A DNA stretch of 64,000 bases, taken from the IMG/VR virus record IMGVR_UViG_3300025853_000066; one strand, 5' to 3'. Under the pieces are notes generated by a model. That model was not told the DNA's origin and searched no databases. It worked only from the letters and a program-made list of their open reading frames with translations. The DNA comes from an uncultured virus (IMG/VR IMGVR_UViG_3300025853_000066) (taxonomy: Duplodnaviria; Heunggongvirae; Uroviricota; Caudoviricetes). Every line of letters starts with the position of its first letter. Within the stretch, counting starts at the first letter, position 1. Below are positions 37,964-46,065 of this stretch, piece by piece. The position numbers and the translations under genes are program-made.

Positions 37964-38281
37964 ATGACTAAAAAAGCAGTGTACGTTATACAAGCAGACG
38001 ATCAGGAACTTCCTAAATCGATTGGCGATAAAAAACCCGATCTAAAGGAACTTCAAGCACACGTCGGCGGTTACATTCAAGTACTTCCCGGTCGATTGAA
38101 CGGTCGCTCTGTTTCATTAGTTATTAATGAAGAGGGTAAACTTTACGGTTTTCCTAGAAATGAACTGGCCACCAAGTTATGGCTAGATTTCTATAAATGG
38201 AAACACAATGCGAAAGACGAAGATTTCAACGGGGATTATCTTGCTGGCCCTACTGTCGTCTTAGAAGGGTATCGTTTATGA
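37964..38281 (+). CDS. DUF3846-like protein
   Basis: LKELQAHVGGYIQ..INEEGKL..N..AT..G motif. Confidence 0.75.
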   Translation: MTKKAVYVIQADDQELPKSIGDKKPDLKELQAHVGGYIQVLPGRLNGRSVSLVINEEGKLYGFPRNELATKLWLDFYKWKHNAKDEDFNGDYLAGPTVVLEGYRL

Positions 38282-38598
38282 GTAAGGGCTACGATCAAGC
38301 TTTAGGTATGGCGAGAGATTATCTCGCCCATACCATCACTCTCGAAATGATGCACACACCGTTTTATTTTAATGATAAAACTTATATCGGTTATGCGGAA
38401 AGCACGGAAAAGTATTTTTTACTTGATGAAGAAGATAACACGACGAAATGGGGTGATGAAAAAGATGTTCGTTTATGGTTAAACGATATACCTGAACCAA
38501 TGATCATCCATTCTTTTTGTAATCTATTTTCAGATGATCGATTAACTATTTTCGAAATGTTCGAAGAAGTATTAGGAGTACATAATGACTACAAATAG
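38278..38598 (+). CDS. hypothetical protein
   Basis: ATGA-coupled start at 38278. Confidence 0.55.
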   Translation: MSKGYDQALGMARDYLAHTITLEMMHTPFYFNDKTYIGYAESTEKYFLLDEEDNTTKWGDEKDVRLWLNDIPEPMIIHSFCNLFSDDRLTIFEMFEEVLGVHNDYK

Positions 38599-38872
38599 AA
38601 AAGATTATATGGTTAGCTATATGCGAGGCTATATGAAAAACAAGAAAGTCTATTACCTCAATGACATCACGGATGCTTGTATGGAAAAGATTCAATACCA
38701 TTGGCAGCGCCGTGCGGAAAAAGAAGGAATCGTAGGCAAGATTACCAAGAACTTAATCTTAAATCACATCGTGCAAGATTATATGAAGAAATCGGTTCCT
38801 AATGGTACGGAATTTCTTTATAATAAATTAAAGGAGAAAGAAGATGCGAAAAGTAGAGATCAAGCAAGTTGA
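38585..38872 (+). CDS. hypothetical protein
   Basis: AGGAG RBS. Confidence 0.55.
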   Translation: MTTNRKDYMVSYMRGYMKNKKVYYLNDITDACMEKIQYHWQRRAEKEGIVGKITKNLILNHIVQDYMKKSVPNGTEFLYNKLKEKEDAKSRDQAS

Positions 38873-39053
38873 ATTGATTAATACGAAGTTAATTATCAAT
38901 CAGCTCGAAGGTATCTTTCGTGCTCATGTTAATATTAGCACGGAGATGAATATGCTTCGAAATTCATTAAATAAGATCATGTCGAATATTTATAAGGAGG
39001 TCGAGATTGGGAGTCATCAAGAGAATACACATCAATCAACAGATCATTCGTAG
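38844..39053 (+). CDS. hypothetical protein
   Basis: AAGGAGAAAG RBS. Confidence 0.55.
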   Translation: MRKVEIKQVELINTKLIINQLEGIFRAHVNISTEMNMLRNSLNKIMSNIYKEVEIGSHQENTHQSTDHS

Positions 39054-39288
39054 AAATCGTAAGACAGGCAAGCGAGATGCTTGCATCACGATTAAAACGA
39101 GAGGGCGATCTATCTATGCGCATAACGTAGAACTAATGGGCGAATCGGAAGTGATTTATTCACCCGATAAGCCTTTAGATTGCGGCGCTCAAGTATGGGT
39201 CGAAACGAAAGGAAGTGTTTGGTATTTACCACCAGATAGTAAAAGCATGGTACTATTAGCAGAGAAAGGAGAAAGTGATCATGTATAG
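39007..39288 (+). CDS. conserved phage hypothetical protein
   Basis: IHINQ..I..N..V.YSPDKPL.CGA.VW.ET motif; AGGAGG RBS. Confidence 0.7.
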   Translation: MGVIKRIHINQQIIRRNRKTGKRDACITIKTRGRSIYAHNVELMGESEVIYSPDKPLDCGAQVWVETKGSVWYLPPDSKSMVLLAEKGESDHV

Positions 39289-39388
39289 CTTTAAACATTT
39301 AGAAGAATGTCTTATTCGTAAGTACGGATGGGATCGAATTCCATGGTTTAAGAGTTGGAAGGAGGTCTACATTGTCAGACGAATATAG
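39281..39388 (+). CDS. 35-aa hypothetical protein (not in ORF track)
   Basis: AAGGAGAAAG RBS; MYSFKHLEECLIRKYGWDRIPW.. Confidence 0.45.
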   Translation: MYSFKHLEECLIRKYGWDRIPWFKSWKEVYIVRRI

Positions 39389-39719
39389 CAAATATAAAAA
39401 CATTGAGCATTGGCTTCGATCTACACAGGAAAAGCAGACTATTCGAGAGATCATGAATCATGGTTGTGGAACTGGTATCGTTAGTGAACTGATCTATTAC
39501 AGTGATACGATCAAGTTCTATGACTATTTCGAGAATGAGATATGGGATAGATTAGATGCTGCCGCTACGAATATGGGAAGTAGTGATATTATTTCTTTTA
39601 TGGGAATATATCTCGATACAAAACATATAGGAAGTTTGACTCAATTCAAGAATGCTCTCGCTTGGTGGGCAGTCGAAGATGCGGCTAATGACATGGAAAT
39701 AGAGGTGGAAAATGAATGA
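39372..39719 (+). CDS. acidic early protein (HGC..G..LIYY family)
   Basis: HGCGTGIVSELIYYSDT..FY..KNALAWWAVE motif. Confidence 0.65.
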   Translation: MSDEYSKYKNIEHWLRSTQEKQTIREIMNHGCGTGIVSELIYYSDTIKFYDYFENEIWDRLDAAATNMGSSDIISFMGIYLDTKHIGSLTQFKNALAWWAVEDAANDMEIEVENE

Positions 39720-40071
39720 CGTAGGAAGTAAAGGTTGGATTCAAGCTAGATTAGATTTAGCTGATGATTATCTGACCAGTAACGATTGGGAGATCATCTT
39801 TAAAGCGGGTGATTTACTCGCCGATCCCGATGGTTTAATGAGAATAGCATCGAAAAAGCACGATATGTATCAGTACTATGAAACGTTATGTGGTATTTAT
39901 AAGAAAAAGCAAGCGGATGTCTTTCGAAAAATTCGAGAAAGACGTGCTCTTTTAGATGTTAAACATACGATAAAGGTAATCGTGAAGGGTGGAATGGTTG
40001 AAGAGATTGAAAACCTTCCTCATTGGATCGATTACATAGTCGAAGATCACGATATGAAAGGATATAGATAA
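39712..40071 (+). CDS. hypothetical protein
   Basis: Coupled ORF with GAGG RBS. Confidence 0.55.
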   Translation: MNDVGSKGWIQARLDLADDYLTSNDWEIIFKAGDLLADPDGLMRIASKKHDMYQYYETLCGIYKKKQADVFRKIRERRALLDVKHTIKVIVKGGMVEEIENLPHWIDYIVEDHDMKGYR

Positions 40072-40203
40072 ATGTCAAGTCGTATTATTATTACTGGTTT
40101 CGGTAAGAAAAACAAGGAAATCAAGGAAAAAGTACTAAAAGAAGTGGCTAAGAGATTACAGAAAGGGGTAAAAGATGAAAGATCCAAGGGTCATCCAAGA
40201 TAA
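40072..40203 (+). CDS. 43-aa basic hypothetical protein (not in ORF track)
   Basis: ATG directly after the upstream stop, AAGGA RBS. Confidence 0.4.
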   Translation: MSSRIIITGFGKKNKEIKEKVLKEVAKRLQKGVKDERSKGHPR

Positions 40204-40381
40204 AATAGCACGCATTTATGATAAGCTACAGGTAGATGAAAGATACAGATTTAACCATGAGGAGTTAAGTTTGATAAAAGAAGCTGCCATGCTTGATTTA
40301 TTAACAGCTAGTCAATTACGAGGGTTTATTTTAATACTTTGTGATGAGTATATCCTAAAACCGTCATATACTAGTGAATAA
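40175..40381 (+). CDS. hypothetical protein
   Basis: AAGGGG RBS. Confidence 0.5.
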   Translation: MKDPRVIQDKIARIYDKLQVDERYRFNHEELSLIKEAAMLDLLTASQLRGFILILCDEYILKPSYTSE

Positions 40382-40421
40382 AAAAGCAATTTGGATTTTT
40401 ATAAAAAGTGAAACGCAAAAT

Positions 40422-40511
40422 GGCAATCCCTAATCCCAAGTGGTTACTTTTATTGTATATCAATAGGAATATAGGGATTAGTCAGAATTTTAGAGGCAAT
40501 CCAGCTAATCC
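40422..40511. repeat. direct/inverted AATCC repeats in non-coding DNA, candidate replication origin
   Basis: GGCAATCC at 40422 and 40495; CTAATCC at 40430 and 40505; inverted GGGATTAG at 40474. Confidence 0.45.
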
Positions 40512-40590
40512 TACCGGAGGCAGTATTAACCCCTCTGAAGGTTTTTTATATTTATGAATTGGTCTCTATATAGTATAGAAAGGAATTTAA

Positions 40591-40653
40591 ATGGACTTGA
40601 TAGCTTATATAGTTATAGCTATTGGTATATATGTAGTTATACATTTATCTTAA
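40591..40653 (+). CDS. 20-aa hydrophobic micropeptide MDLIAYIVIAIGIYVVIHLS
   Basis: AGAAAGGA RBS; similar peptide at 45441. Confidence 0.5.
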   Translation: MDLIAYIVIAIGIYVVIHLS

Positions 40654-40661
40654 TAAACTTG

Positions 40662-40716
40662 TTTACTCAGGTTGTATTTAAGTTTATTATAAATAAAAAT
40701 AGAAAGGAGAAAGCAA
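40662..40716 (+). promoter_or_regulatory. sigma70-like early promoter plus RBS
   Basis: TTTACT-17 nt-TATTAT; AAGGAGAAAG. Confidence 0.6.
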
Positions 40717-41079
40717 ATGGCTTTATCAACCGATACCCAAAAGGGTAAATCAAAGACGCCAAAAGCTGTAAAAGCAAAGGGCGCAAAAGAAACTAAGAGT
40801 AAGGTAGTACCTACTCCTAGAGAAAAACAAGGCACATATAAGTACGACAGAGATGCTCGTATACAAGTATGTGTAGAGAAGAATCCAAAGAGAGAAGGCT
40901 CTAAGGGTTACAAGATGTTTGAGATCTACAAGAATGGAATTACCATTCGTGAGTTTCTCGAAGCAGGTGGTAGAACTATTGATATCGATTGGGATAGAGA
41001 GCGTGGTTTTATCGCTACAGAAGATAGAGACAAAGAAGGTATGGGAAGTAAAACTCCTAAAGCGACATTCACTTTATAA
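40717..41079 (+). CDS. basic NPK-GS domain protein (paralogue 1)
   Basis: NPKREGSKGY..TIREFLEAGGRTIDIDWD; Lys-rich N-terminal tail. Confidence 0.7.
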   Translation: MALSTDTQKGKSKTPKAVKAKGAKETKSKVVPTPREKQGTYKYDRDARIQVCVEKNPKREGSKGYKMFEIYKNGITIREFLEAGGRTIDIDWDRERGFIATEDRDKEGMGSKTPKATFTL

Positions 41080-41138
41080 TCGTTGTATACTTTGTTTTTA
41101 TTATTCTTAGTATTATTTTATATTCATTTTCTTTTTCT

Positions 41139-41165
41139 GATAGGGGTCGTATTCCGGCCCCTATC
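41139..41165 (+). terminator. strong hairpin (terminator or RNA-stabilising stem)
   Basis: gataggggtcg-tattc-cggcccctatc; no downstream U-tract. Confidence 0.45.
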
Positions 41166-41190
41166 TAACAACTAACCAAAGGAGGCTTAT

Positions 41191-41376
41191 ATGGCAAATA
41201 CAGTAGAAGATATCATTAACGATATAGTATGCGAAAAGGTTGAAGAAGAAATCAACAACGCTGATATTGAAACAATAGTTGAAGATAAGGTTGGCGAATA
41301 CTTAGACGACAACATTGTTGAATTACTTAAAAACAACTTAGATGACGTAGTTAAATTGCTGAAAGACAAGTTATGA
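41191..41376 (+). CDS. highly acidic small protein
   Basis: AAGGAGG RBS; D/E-rich amphipathic helices. Confidence 0.65.
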   Translation: MANTVEDIINDIVCEKVEEEINNADIETIVEDKVGEYLDDNIVELLKNNLDDVVKLLKDKL

Positions 41377-41447
41377 GATTAAATCAGCAAACTACCATTA
41401 TAGTTTTATTACTGTTATTAGTTTTAAAACAATACGGTGTCTTATGA
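41373..41447 (+). CDS. 24-aa hydrophobic peptide (not in ORF track)
   Basis: ATGA-coupled at both ends; MRLNQQTTIIVLLLLLVLKQYGVL. Confidence 0.5.
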   Translation: MRLNQQTTIIVLLLLLVLKQYGVL

Positions 41448-41974
41448 ATATCTTTGCTTTATCACGATGTGCTCAAACGTCAGCTGAATGGCTATGCGAT
41501 AAGCATGTCGTGAAGATGATATTAGAGACAGGCCAGATGTTATCAACAGCTCATCATGTCTTAGAATCTGAACATCTTGGTAAATATAAATATTACGAAC
41601 CAGCTTATGTAAATCACCCGTGTACAGTATGGGCCAGAACTAGTCATGCTAACTATTTCTGGCTATACGAACACTTCGAAAGATTGTGCCAATTATATGA
41701 GGAGATCTATAACAGAACTCATAAGACTTGGGTTAAACTTCATACCGCTTGTCGTATGAGTCCATTTAAATTATCTGGTCCATTTAAAACGCCAGATTCA
41801 GATGTTGCTCAGCTTACCGAGTTTCCTCAGTGTATGCCAGATCAATATAAAGATACTGACCCTCACATAGCATATCGTAGATATTACATAGGTGAGAAAT
41901 TACATTTCGCAGAATACAAAAGTAGAAAGATTCCTGCGTGGATTACTAATAAAGATGTTTATCTTGATAATTAA
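41444..41974 (+). CDS. pyrimidine-dimer glycosylase (DenV)-related conserved phage protein
   Basis: MNIF.L..CDKHVVKMILE..QMLSTAH..NHPC..W..NY.WL..PQCMPD.YK..AYR.YY motif. Confidence 0.7.
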   Translation: MNIFALSRCAQTSAEWLCDKHVVKMILETGQMLSTAHHVLESEHLGKYKYYEPAYVNHPCTVWARTSHANYFWLYEHFERLCQLYEEIYNRTHKTWVKLHTACRMSPFKLSGPFKTPDSDVAQLTEFPQCMPDQYKDTDPHIAYRRYYIGEKLHFAEYKSRKIPAWITNKDVYLDN

Positions 41975-42007
41975 TTCTTTATTATAAAATTATAAGGAGA
42001 AAGAACT

Positions 42008-42205
42008 ATGGCCGATCATTGTAATATATGCGATACTCGTAGACCCGATAATGGTACTAAAGCTATGATGCTAGGAAGTATGTGGGTTGAGTTTTGCGAT
42101 AATTGTGAAAACACTGAAATGCGTAATGAAGAAACAAAAGAAGTAATTACAGTTAAGGAACTGTACGACAGAATAACTTTAAGGAGGACTGAACATGATA
42201 CTTAG
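42008..42205 (+). CDS. small CxxC..CxxC protein
   Basis: CNIC and CDNC; own promoter/RBS cassette. Confidence 0.6.
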   Translation: MADHCNICDTRRPDNGTKAMMLGSMWVEFCDNCENTEMRNEETKEVITVKELYDRITLRRTEHDT

Positions 42206-42419
42206 ATGTAGAGCACAAATACCATACGAACCTACTAGTGTGAACGATCAGACTAGGTTTTATAATATATCTGTAGAGATACCTTGCAAAGACTTTGAGT
42301 CAGGAAAAAGAGAATTCTACAATACATTAGAAACTATTTGTCCAGCACTCGATGGTAGCAGATTATGGAAAGAAAGATACTACATGAAAGAATTTAAAGA
42401 TGTTTCATTGGGTAGTTAA
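42195..42419 (+). CDS. hypothetical protein
   Basis: AGGAGG RBS. Confidence 0.55.
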   Translation: MILRCRAQIPYEPTSVNDQTRFYNISVEIPCKDFESGKREFYNTLETICPALDGSRLWKERYYMKEFKDVSLGS

Positions 42420-42453
42420 ATAATTTATAATAAACAAAAGGAGAAAGTAGAAA

Positions 42454-42858
42454 ATGCATGACGAATATCAAAAACTAGAGAATGACCTTATTGATACAGT
42501 TCGCTATTTTAAATCTGATAGTAAACTACAAGATAGGGCTTTTAAGAATGCTTATACTATTCTGATATATAGACAGATGGATACGATTAATCTTGCTATA
42601 TCTAGATTACAGAGTTTAGTTAATTCATGGGAACTATGCGATGGTATGGACGATATAAATGAATTACCAGGTTTCTGCGATAACTATCCATTCAAACATT
42701 CACTAGATGAAATGGATACTATGTGGGGTGATATGAATGAAGATCAACGTAAAGAATATAATGCTAACAAGTTTATGGAACTTAAACAAAGACGTAGAGC
42801 ATTAGGAGACAAGAAATATATTCCTGATGAAGATAAAGAGGTTTCATCTGACGAATAA
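42454..42858 (+). CDS. hypothetical protein, paralogue of 42890
   Basis: Shared RA...Y..I...I.RL..PGF..NYPFK..L.E motif. Confidence 0.65.
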   Translation: MHDEYQKLENDLIDTVRYFKSDSKLQDRAFKNAYTILIYRQMDTINLAISRLQSLVNSWELCDGMDDINELPGFCDNYPFKHSLDEMDTMWGDMNEDQRKEYNANKFMELKQRRRALGDKKYIPDEDKEVSSDE

Positions 42859-42889
42859 TAGTTTATAATAAAACAAAAAGGAGAAAGAA

Positions 42890-43213
42890 ATGGACGTAAA
42901 AAAGATTTGGCAAGACAAAGAAATTAACTTTAGTATGCAAGAAATGCTTGCTCAGAACTATGAGGAAGTACAGCATAGAGCGAAAGCATATCGTTATATG
43001 GCAATTATAAATGAATCCATTAAAAGGCTAAAAGAAATCCAAGAAAAGTATTGGGTCAGTGTATTAGCTAGTGACTACAGTGATAAGAAACTAGAAGATA
43101 TCCCAGGCTTTGGTTATAACTACCCGTTCAAATGCGATCTATCAGAACTAAAACCTAATTGGGGAGAGTACCCATGTTTCGCTCCTGTGTCAGAGGAAGA
43201 TAACAATGAGTGA
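42890..43213 (+). CDS. hypothetical protein, paralogue of 42454
   Basis: Shared PGF..NYPFK motif and similar promoter/RBS. Confidence 0.65.
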   Translation: MDVKKIWQDKEINFSMQEMLAQNYEEVQHRAKAYRYMAIINESIKRLKEIQEKYWVSVLASDYSDKKLEDIPGFGYNYPFKCDLSELKPNWGEYPCFAPVSEEDNNE

Positions 43214-43508
43214 TTTCAAACGTATCATACATAAAGTAAACACATTAATGATTAATGGTGATGACGAAATGAAAGAGTCAGAGAAAGATGACTTCGAACT
43301 ATACTGTAAGATTAATTACAATCTTAGCGATTTCTATGCTAACATTGAGTTTTACTACAACCCAATGACTACACAGACTTTAGTAGAATTGTTTGACGGA
43401 ATAGAAGTTGTTACAGCTAGATTTAAGACATGCCTTAAACCTTCTGAATGGATTATCTGGTACGCAGACTTAGCAAAGAAAAATGTCGATAGTAATTTAA
43501 TTGTTTAG
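43206..43508 (+). CDS. hypothetical protein
   Basis: Coupled ORF with GAGG RBS. Confidence 0.55.
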   Translation: MSDFKRIIHKVNTLMINGDDEMKESEKDDFELYCKINYNLSDFYANIEFYYNPMTTQTLVELFDGIEVVTARFKTCLKPSEWIIWYADLAKKNVDSNLIV

Positions 43509-43561
43509 AAATGCTTTTTAAAATTTTATAATAAAGAAACTTTAAAAAGAAAGGTCGAAAG

Positions 43562-43759
43562 ATGAAAGATGTAACCGCATACGCATTAGTAAACACGAAA
43601 GATAAATCGTTTTACTATATGCCAAACGAACTAAATCATGAAACTACTGATTATATTTTTTCTATGACTTATGAATTAGCATTAGAAAAGCTAGAGTATG
43701 TTCACAGTGAAACAAACGATTCAGTAGAAATCGTGCCAATTAAAGTTAGGAGAGATTAA
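43562..43759 (+). CDS. hypothetical protein
   Basis: Upstream TTTAGA-17-TATAAT and AAGG RBS. Confidence 0.55.
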   Translation: MKDVTAYALVNTKDKSFYYMPNELNHETTDYIFSMTYELALEKLEYVHSETNDSVEIVPIKVRRD

Positions 43760-43760
43760 T

Positions 43761-44093
43761 ATGAAAGTGTACGCAATATTTAATGTCGATTCCGACAATA
43801 CTTCTATTAGTCATAAAGACTTAAATAATGAAGATGCTGTCCATAAATATATAACAGTTCCTACTTTAGCCTGGGCAGATAAAGACAGTGGATTCGTAGA
43901 ATACGATATGGACAAAGAGAAGATATCGCATTTCGTTTTATTCCCTGATTCTAAATCTGCAATAGCTGAAGCTAGAGAATTATCTGGTCATTCAGGATTA
44001 GAATACATAGTCAAGGAATTAGAATTAGATTTAACCGGAGGGTTAAACGTTCCTAACACGATCTTTAGTTCATACGATGACCACCCTTATTAA
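43761..44093 (+). CDS. hypothetical protein
   Basis: AGGAG RBS. Confidence 0.55.
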   Translation: MKVYAIFNVDSDNTSISHKDLNNEDAVHKYITVPTLAWADKDSGFVEYDMDKEKISHFVLFPDSKSAIAEARELSGHSGLEYIVKELELDLTGGLNVPNTIFSSYDDHPY

Positions 44094-44144
44094 TATAAAA
44101 ACCTAGTATTTACTTATCGGGCCTTTTAGTTTATAGATAATTCT

Positions 44145-44606
44145 ATGGATAAAGGACCCGATAATATTATTGATTTTACTAGTGCAGAAAATAAGATTTT
44201 ATCAGACAAGGAAAAGAAGTTTGTTGAATTCATATTTCAAGGTTTAGGTAAGAAACAAGCGGCTTTGGAAGCCGGTTATGCTCAATCTGCAGCGCACGTT
44301 CAAGCGACACGCCTACTAAAGAAAGATAAAATACGCAAGGCCCTTGATCGATTACGCTCTCTTCAACACCAACAAACAGTTCATACGATGGACAAAGAGA
44401 TCGAAGCGATTGATGCCATGATCCAAGAAGCTCGAGATAGAGGGCAAATTGGTGCAGCGGTTCAGGCCGCTCGACTCAAGGCACAAATGTTAGGGTACCT
44501 TGTTGATAAGAAAGAGATTAAGACAACAAACCTTGACACCATGAGCGAGGACGACATCGTCAATTACCTTGATTCCCTCAAAGCATCCTACAGCAACACG
44601 CAGTAA
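44145..44606 (+). CDS. terS: terminase small subunit
   Basis: LSDKEKKFV..QAALEAGY..A...ATRLLK HTH pattern of TerS; KA.MLG..VDK. Confidence 0.8.
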   Translation: MDKGPDNIIDFTSAENKILSDKEKKFVEFIFQGLGKKQAALEAGYAQSAAHVQATRLLKKDKIRKALDRLRSLQHQQTVHTMDKEIEAIDAMIQEARDRGQIGAAVQAARLKAQMLGYLVDKKEIKTTNLDTMSEDDIVNYLDSLKASYSNTQ

Positions 44607-44608
44607 GC

Positions 44609-44740
44609 GTGGTTGATGGTTGTTGATTGTTGACCCTTGACTCTTGATCAGTAATGTACAACCCGGATCCAGGAGTACGGAGTACGGGATCACGCAACAA
44701 CATACCAGGATCTTTGTACAAGTCTGTACAACCCGGATCA
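44609..44740. repeat. TTGA 7-bp repeats with GATC/GTAC cluster (patch A)
   Basis: ttgaccc-ttgactc-ttgatca; five GATC and five GTAC; TGTACAACCCGGATC at 44655 and 44725. Confidence 0.8.
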
Positions 44741-44832
44741 ACGAAAAAATTAAATGTCATTATTTATAATAAAGATGTTTACTTCTGTTAATTATTTTAG
44801 TAAAATAAAGCAACAATAAAGGAGAAAGAAAA

Positions 44833-45192
44833 ATGAAAAAAACCGAAACTAAACTACCTAGAACTGTTAATCAAATCGGAAACGATATCTGTCTTTTTAG
44901 ATTGGTTAACCCGAAACAAGACGGAAGTAAATCGCATGAGATTTACTCAAAAGCACAGAAAGCTACTACGATCAAGGAAGCTTTCGAACAGGGTTACAGA
45001 ACTATTGATATCGCATACGATAGCATGAGTAATGGGAAGTTTAAGAAACCTAATGTACTTATCGCAAGATATCTTAAAAAAGACCATAAGGAATTATACT
45101 TGACATTCCTTAAGGAATTTGAGGGAGTCAAGCTTTCACCTCAAATGGAAAAGAATGTGAAGGAATTCACAGCATTAGTTAACAAATTATAA
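44833..45192 (+). CDS. NPK-GS domain protein (paralogue 2)
   Basis: RLVNPKQDGSKSH..TTIKEAFEQGYRTIDIAYD; promoter TTTACT-17-TAAAAT and AAGGAGAAAG RBS. Confidence 0.7.
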   Translation: MKKTETKLPRTVNQIGNDICLFRLVNPKQDGSKSHEIYSKAQKATTIKEAFEQGYRTIDIAYDSMSNGKFKKPNVLIARYLKKDHKELYLTFLKEFEGVKLSPQMEKNVKEFTALVNKL

Positions 45193-45200
45193 TTCGAATT

Positions 45201-45225
45201 GGGGACCTTCGGGTCCCCTTTTTTT
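45201..45225 (+). terminator. intrinsic terminator
   Basis: ggggacc-ttcg-ggtcccc followed by T7. Confidence 0.9.
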
Positions 45226-45228
45226 ATT

Positions 45229-45373
45229 CTTGATCGATTGATCCCTGTTGATCAGTTGATCCTTGACTCTTGATCATTGACGTTTGTCGTTAGACAAAGT
45301 ACGTAGTTCGTAGTTTGTCTATAATAAACAATCAATTGCGCTTCGTAAGCAAAGCTCTGCGCAACTCTGATCA
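45229..45373. repeat. TTGATC repeat / GATC cluster (patch B)
   Basis: Six GATC; CCTTGACTCTTGATCA at 45261 identical to 44635. Confidence 0.8.
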
Positions 45374-45440
45374 ACTAAATAATATTATTTGTTTAGAATT
45401 GATTTTATTTAAAATATTCTAATTTTAGAAAGGAAAGAAT

Positions 45441-45503
45441 ATGGACTTAATACTGTATATACTACTAATTGCTTTTATAGCTATTACTACTACGCAATTT
45501 TAA
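45441..45503 (+). CDS. 20-aa hydrophobic micropeptide MDLILYILLIAFIAITTTQF
   Basis: AGAAAGGAAAG RBS; similar to 40591. Confidence 0.5.
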   Translation: MDLILYILLIAFIAITTTQF

Positions 45504-45631
45504 GTTCTTTATAAAGAAATATATTTAATAAAAAAAATTAAAAAAAGTTAAAAAATAATTTTACTTTTTTTAAAAAATATGAAATAAATATACTATTCTT
45601 TAATATAAAGAATAAAGAAAGGAAAAAGAAA

Positions 45632-46021
45632 ATGAATAAAACTAAAGTAGAAGAAAAAGGAAAAGGAAAACTAAATAAATTTCCTTCTTCTTTAATAAGA
45701 ATTAAAGATAATTTAATTCTTCATAGATTAGTAAACGATAAAAAAGGAAAATCGTTTACTAGATTAGAGAATTATAAATTCTCTACTACTATAGAAAATT
45801 CCGTTAAAAACGGAATGAATAAAGACGATTACGATTATAATACTTCTAAATTAAAAACTATCTATTCGATAGATTTAAATAATCTAAGAAAAGAAAATAA
45901 ACTTAGATACTTAGATACTATTAATCTTAATCTTTCATTTCTTAAAGATAGTAAAATAACTAATAAAGATGAATTATTATCTTTAAATAAGAAAGCGTTA
46001 GAAGAAGTAAATAAATTATAA
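45632..46021 (+). CDS. divergent NPK-GS family protein (paralogue 3), extremely AT-rich
   Basis: K(L/F)P..RLVN..KS..TTI....G..D..Y and C-terminal VNKL shared with 44833. Confidence 0.65.
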   Translation: MNKTKVEEKGKGKLNKFPSSLIRIKDNLILHRLVNDKKGKSFTRLENYKFSTTIENSVKNGMNKDDYDYNTSKLKTIYSIDLNNLRKENKLRYLDTINLNLSFLKDSKITNKDELLSLNKKALEEVNKL

Positions 46022-46031
46022 TCTTAATTTT

Positions 46032-46065
46032 TTCTAGAGAGAGTAAATACTCTCTCTAGAATTTT
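46032..46065 (+). terminator. intrinsic terminator
   Basis: ttctagagagagt-aaat-actctctctagaa followed by tttt. Confidence 0.75.

Noticed and set aside
40554..40748. 64-aa ORF from the track
   Set aside because: No RBS, and it runs across a promoter and the 40717 start; the 20-aa ORF at 40591 has a clear RBS.
44609..45373. CRISPR-like or mini-array reading of the repeat patches
   Set aside because: Repeats are 7-16 bp, irregularly spaced, with no constant-length spacers and no cas genes.
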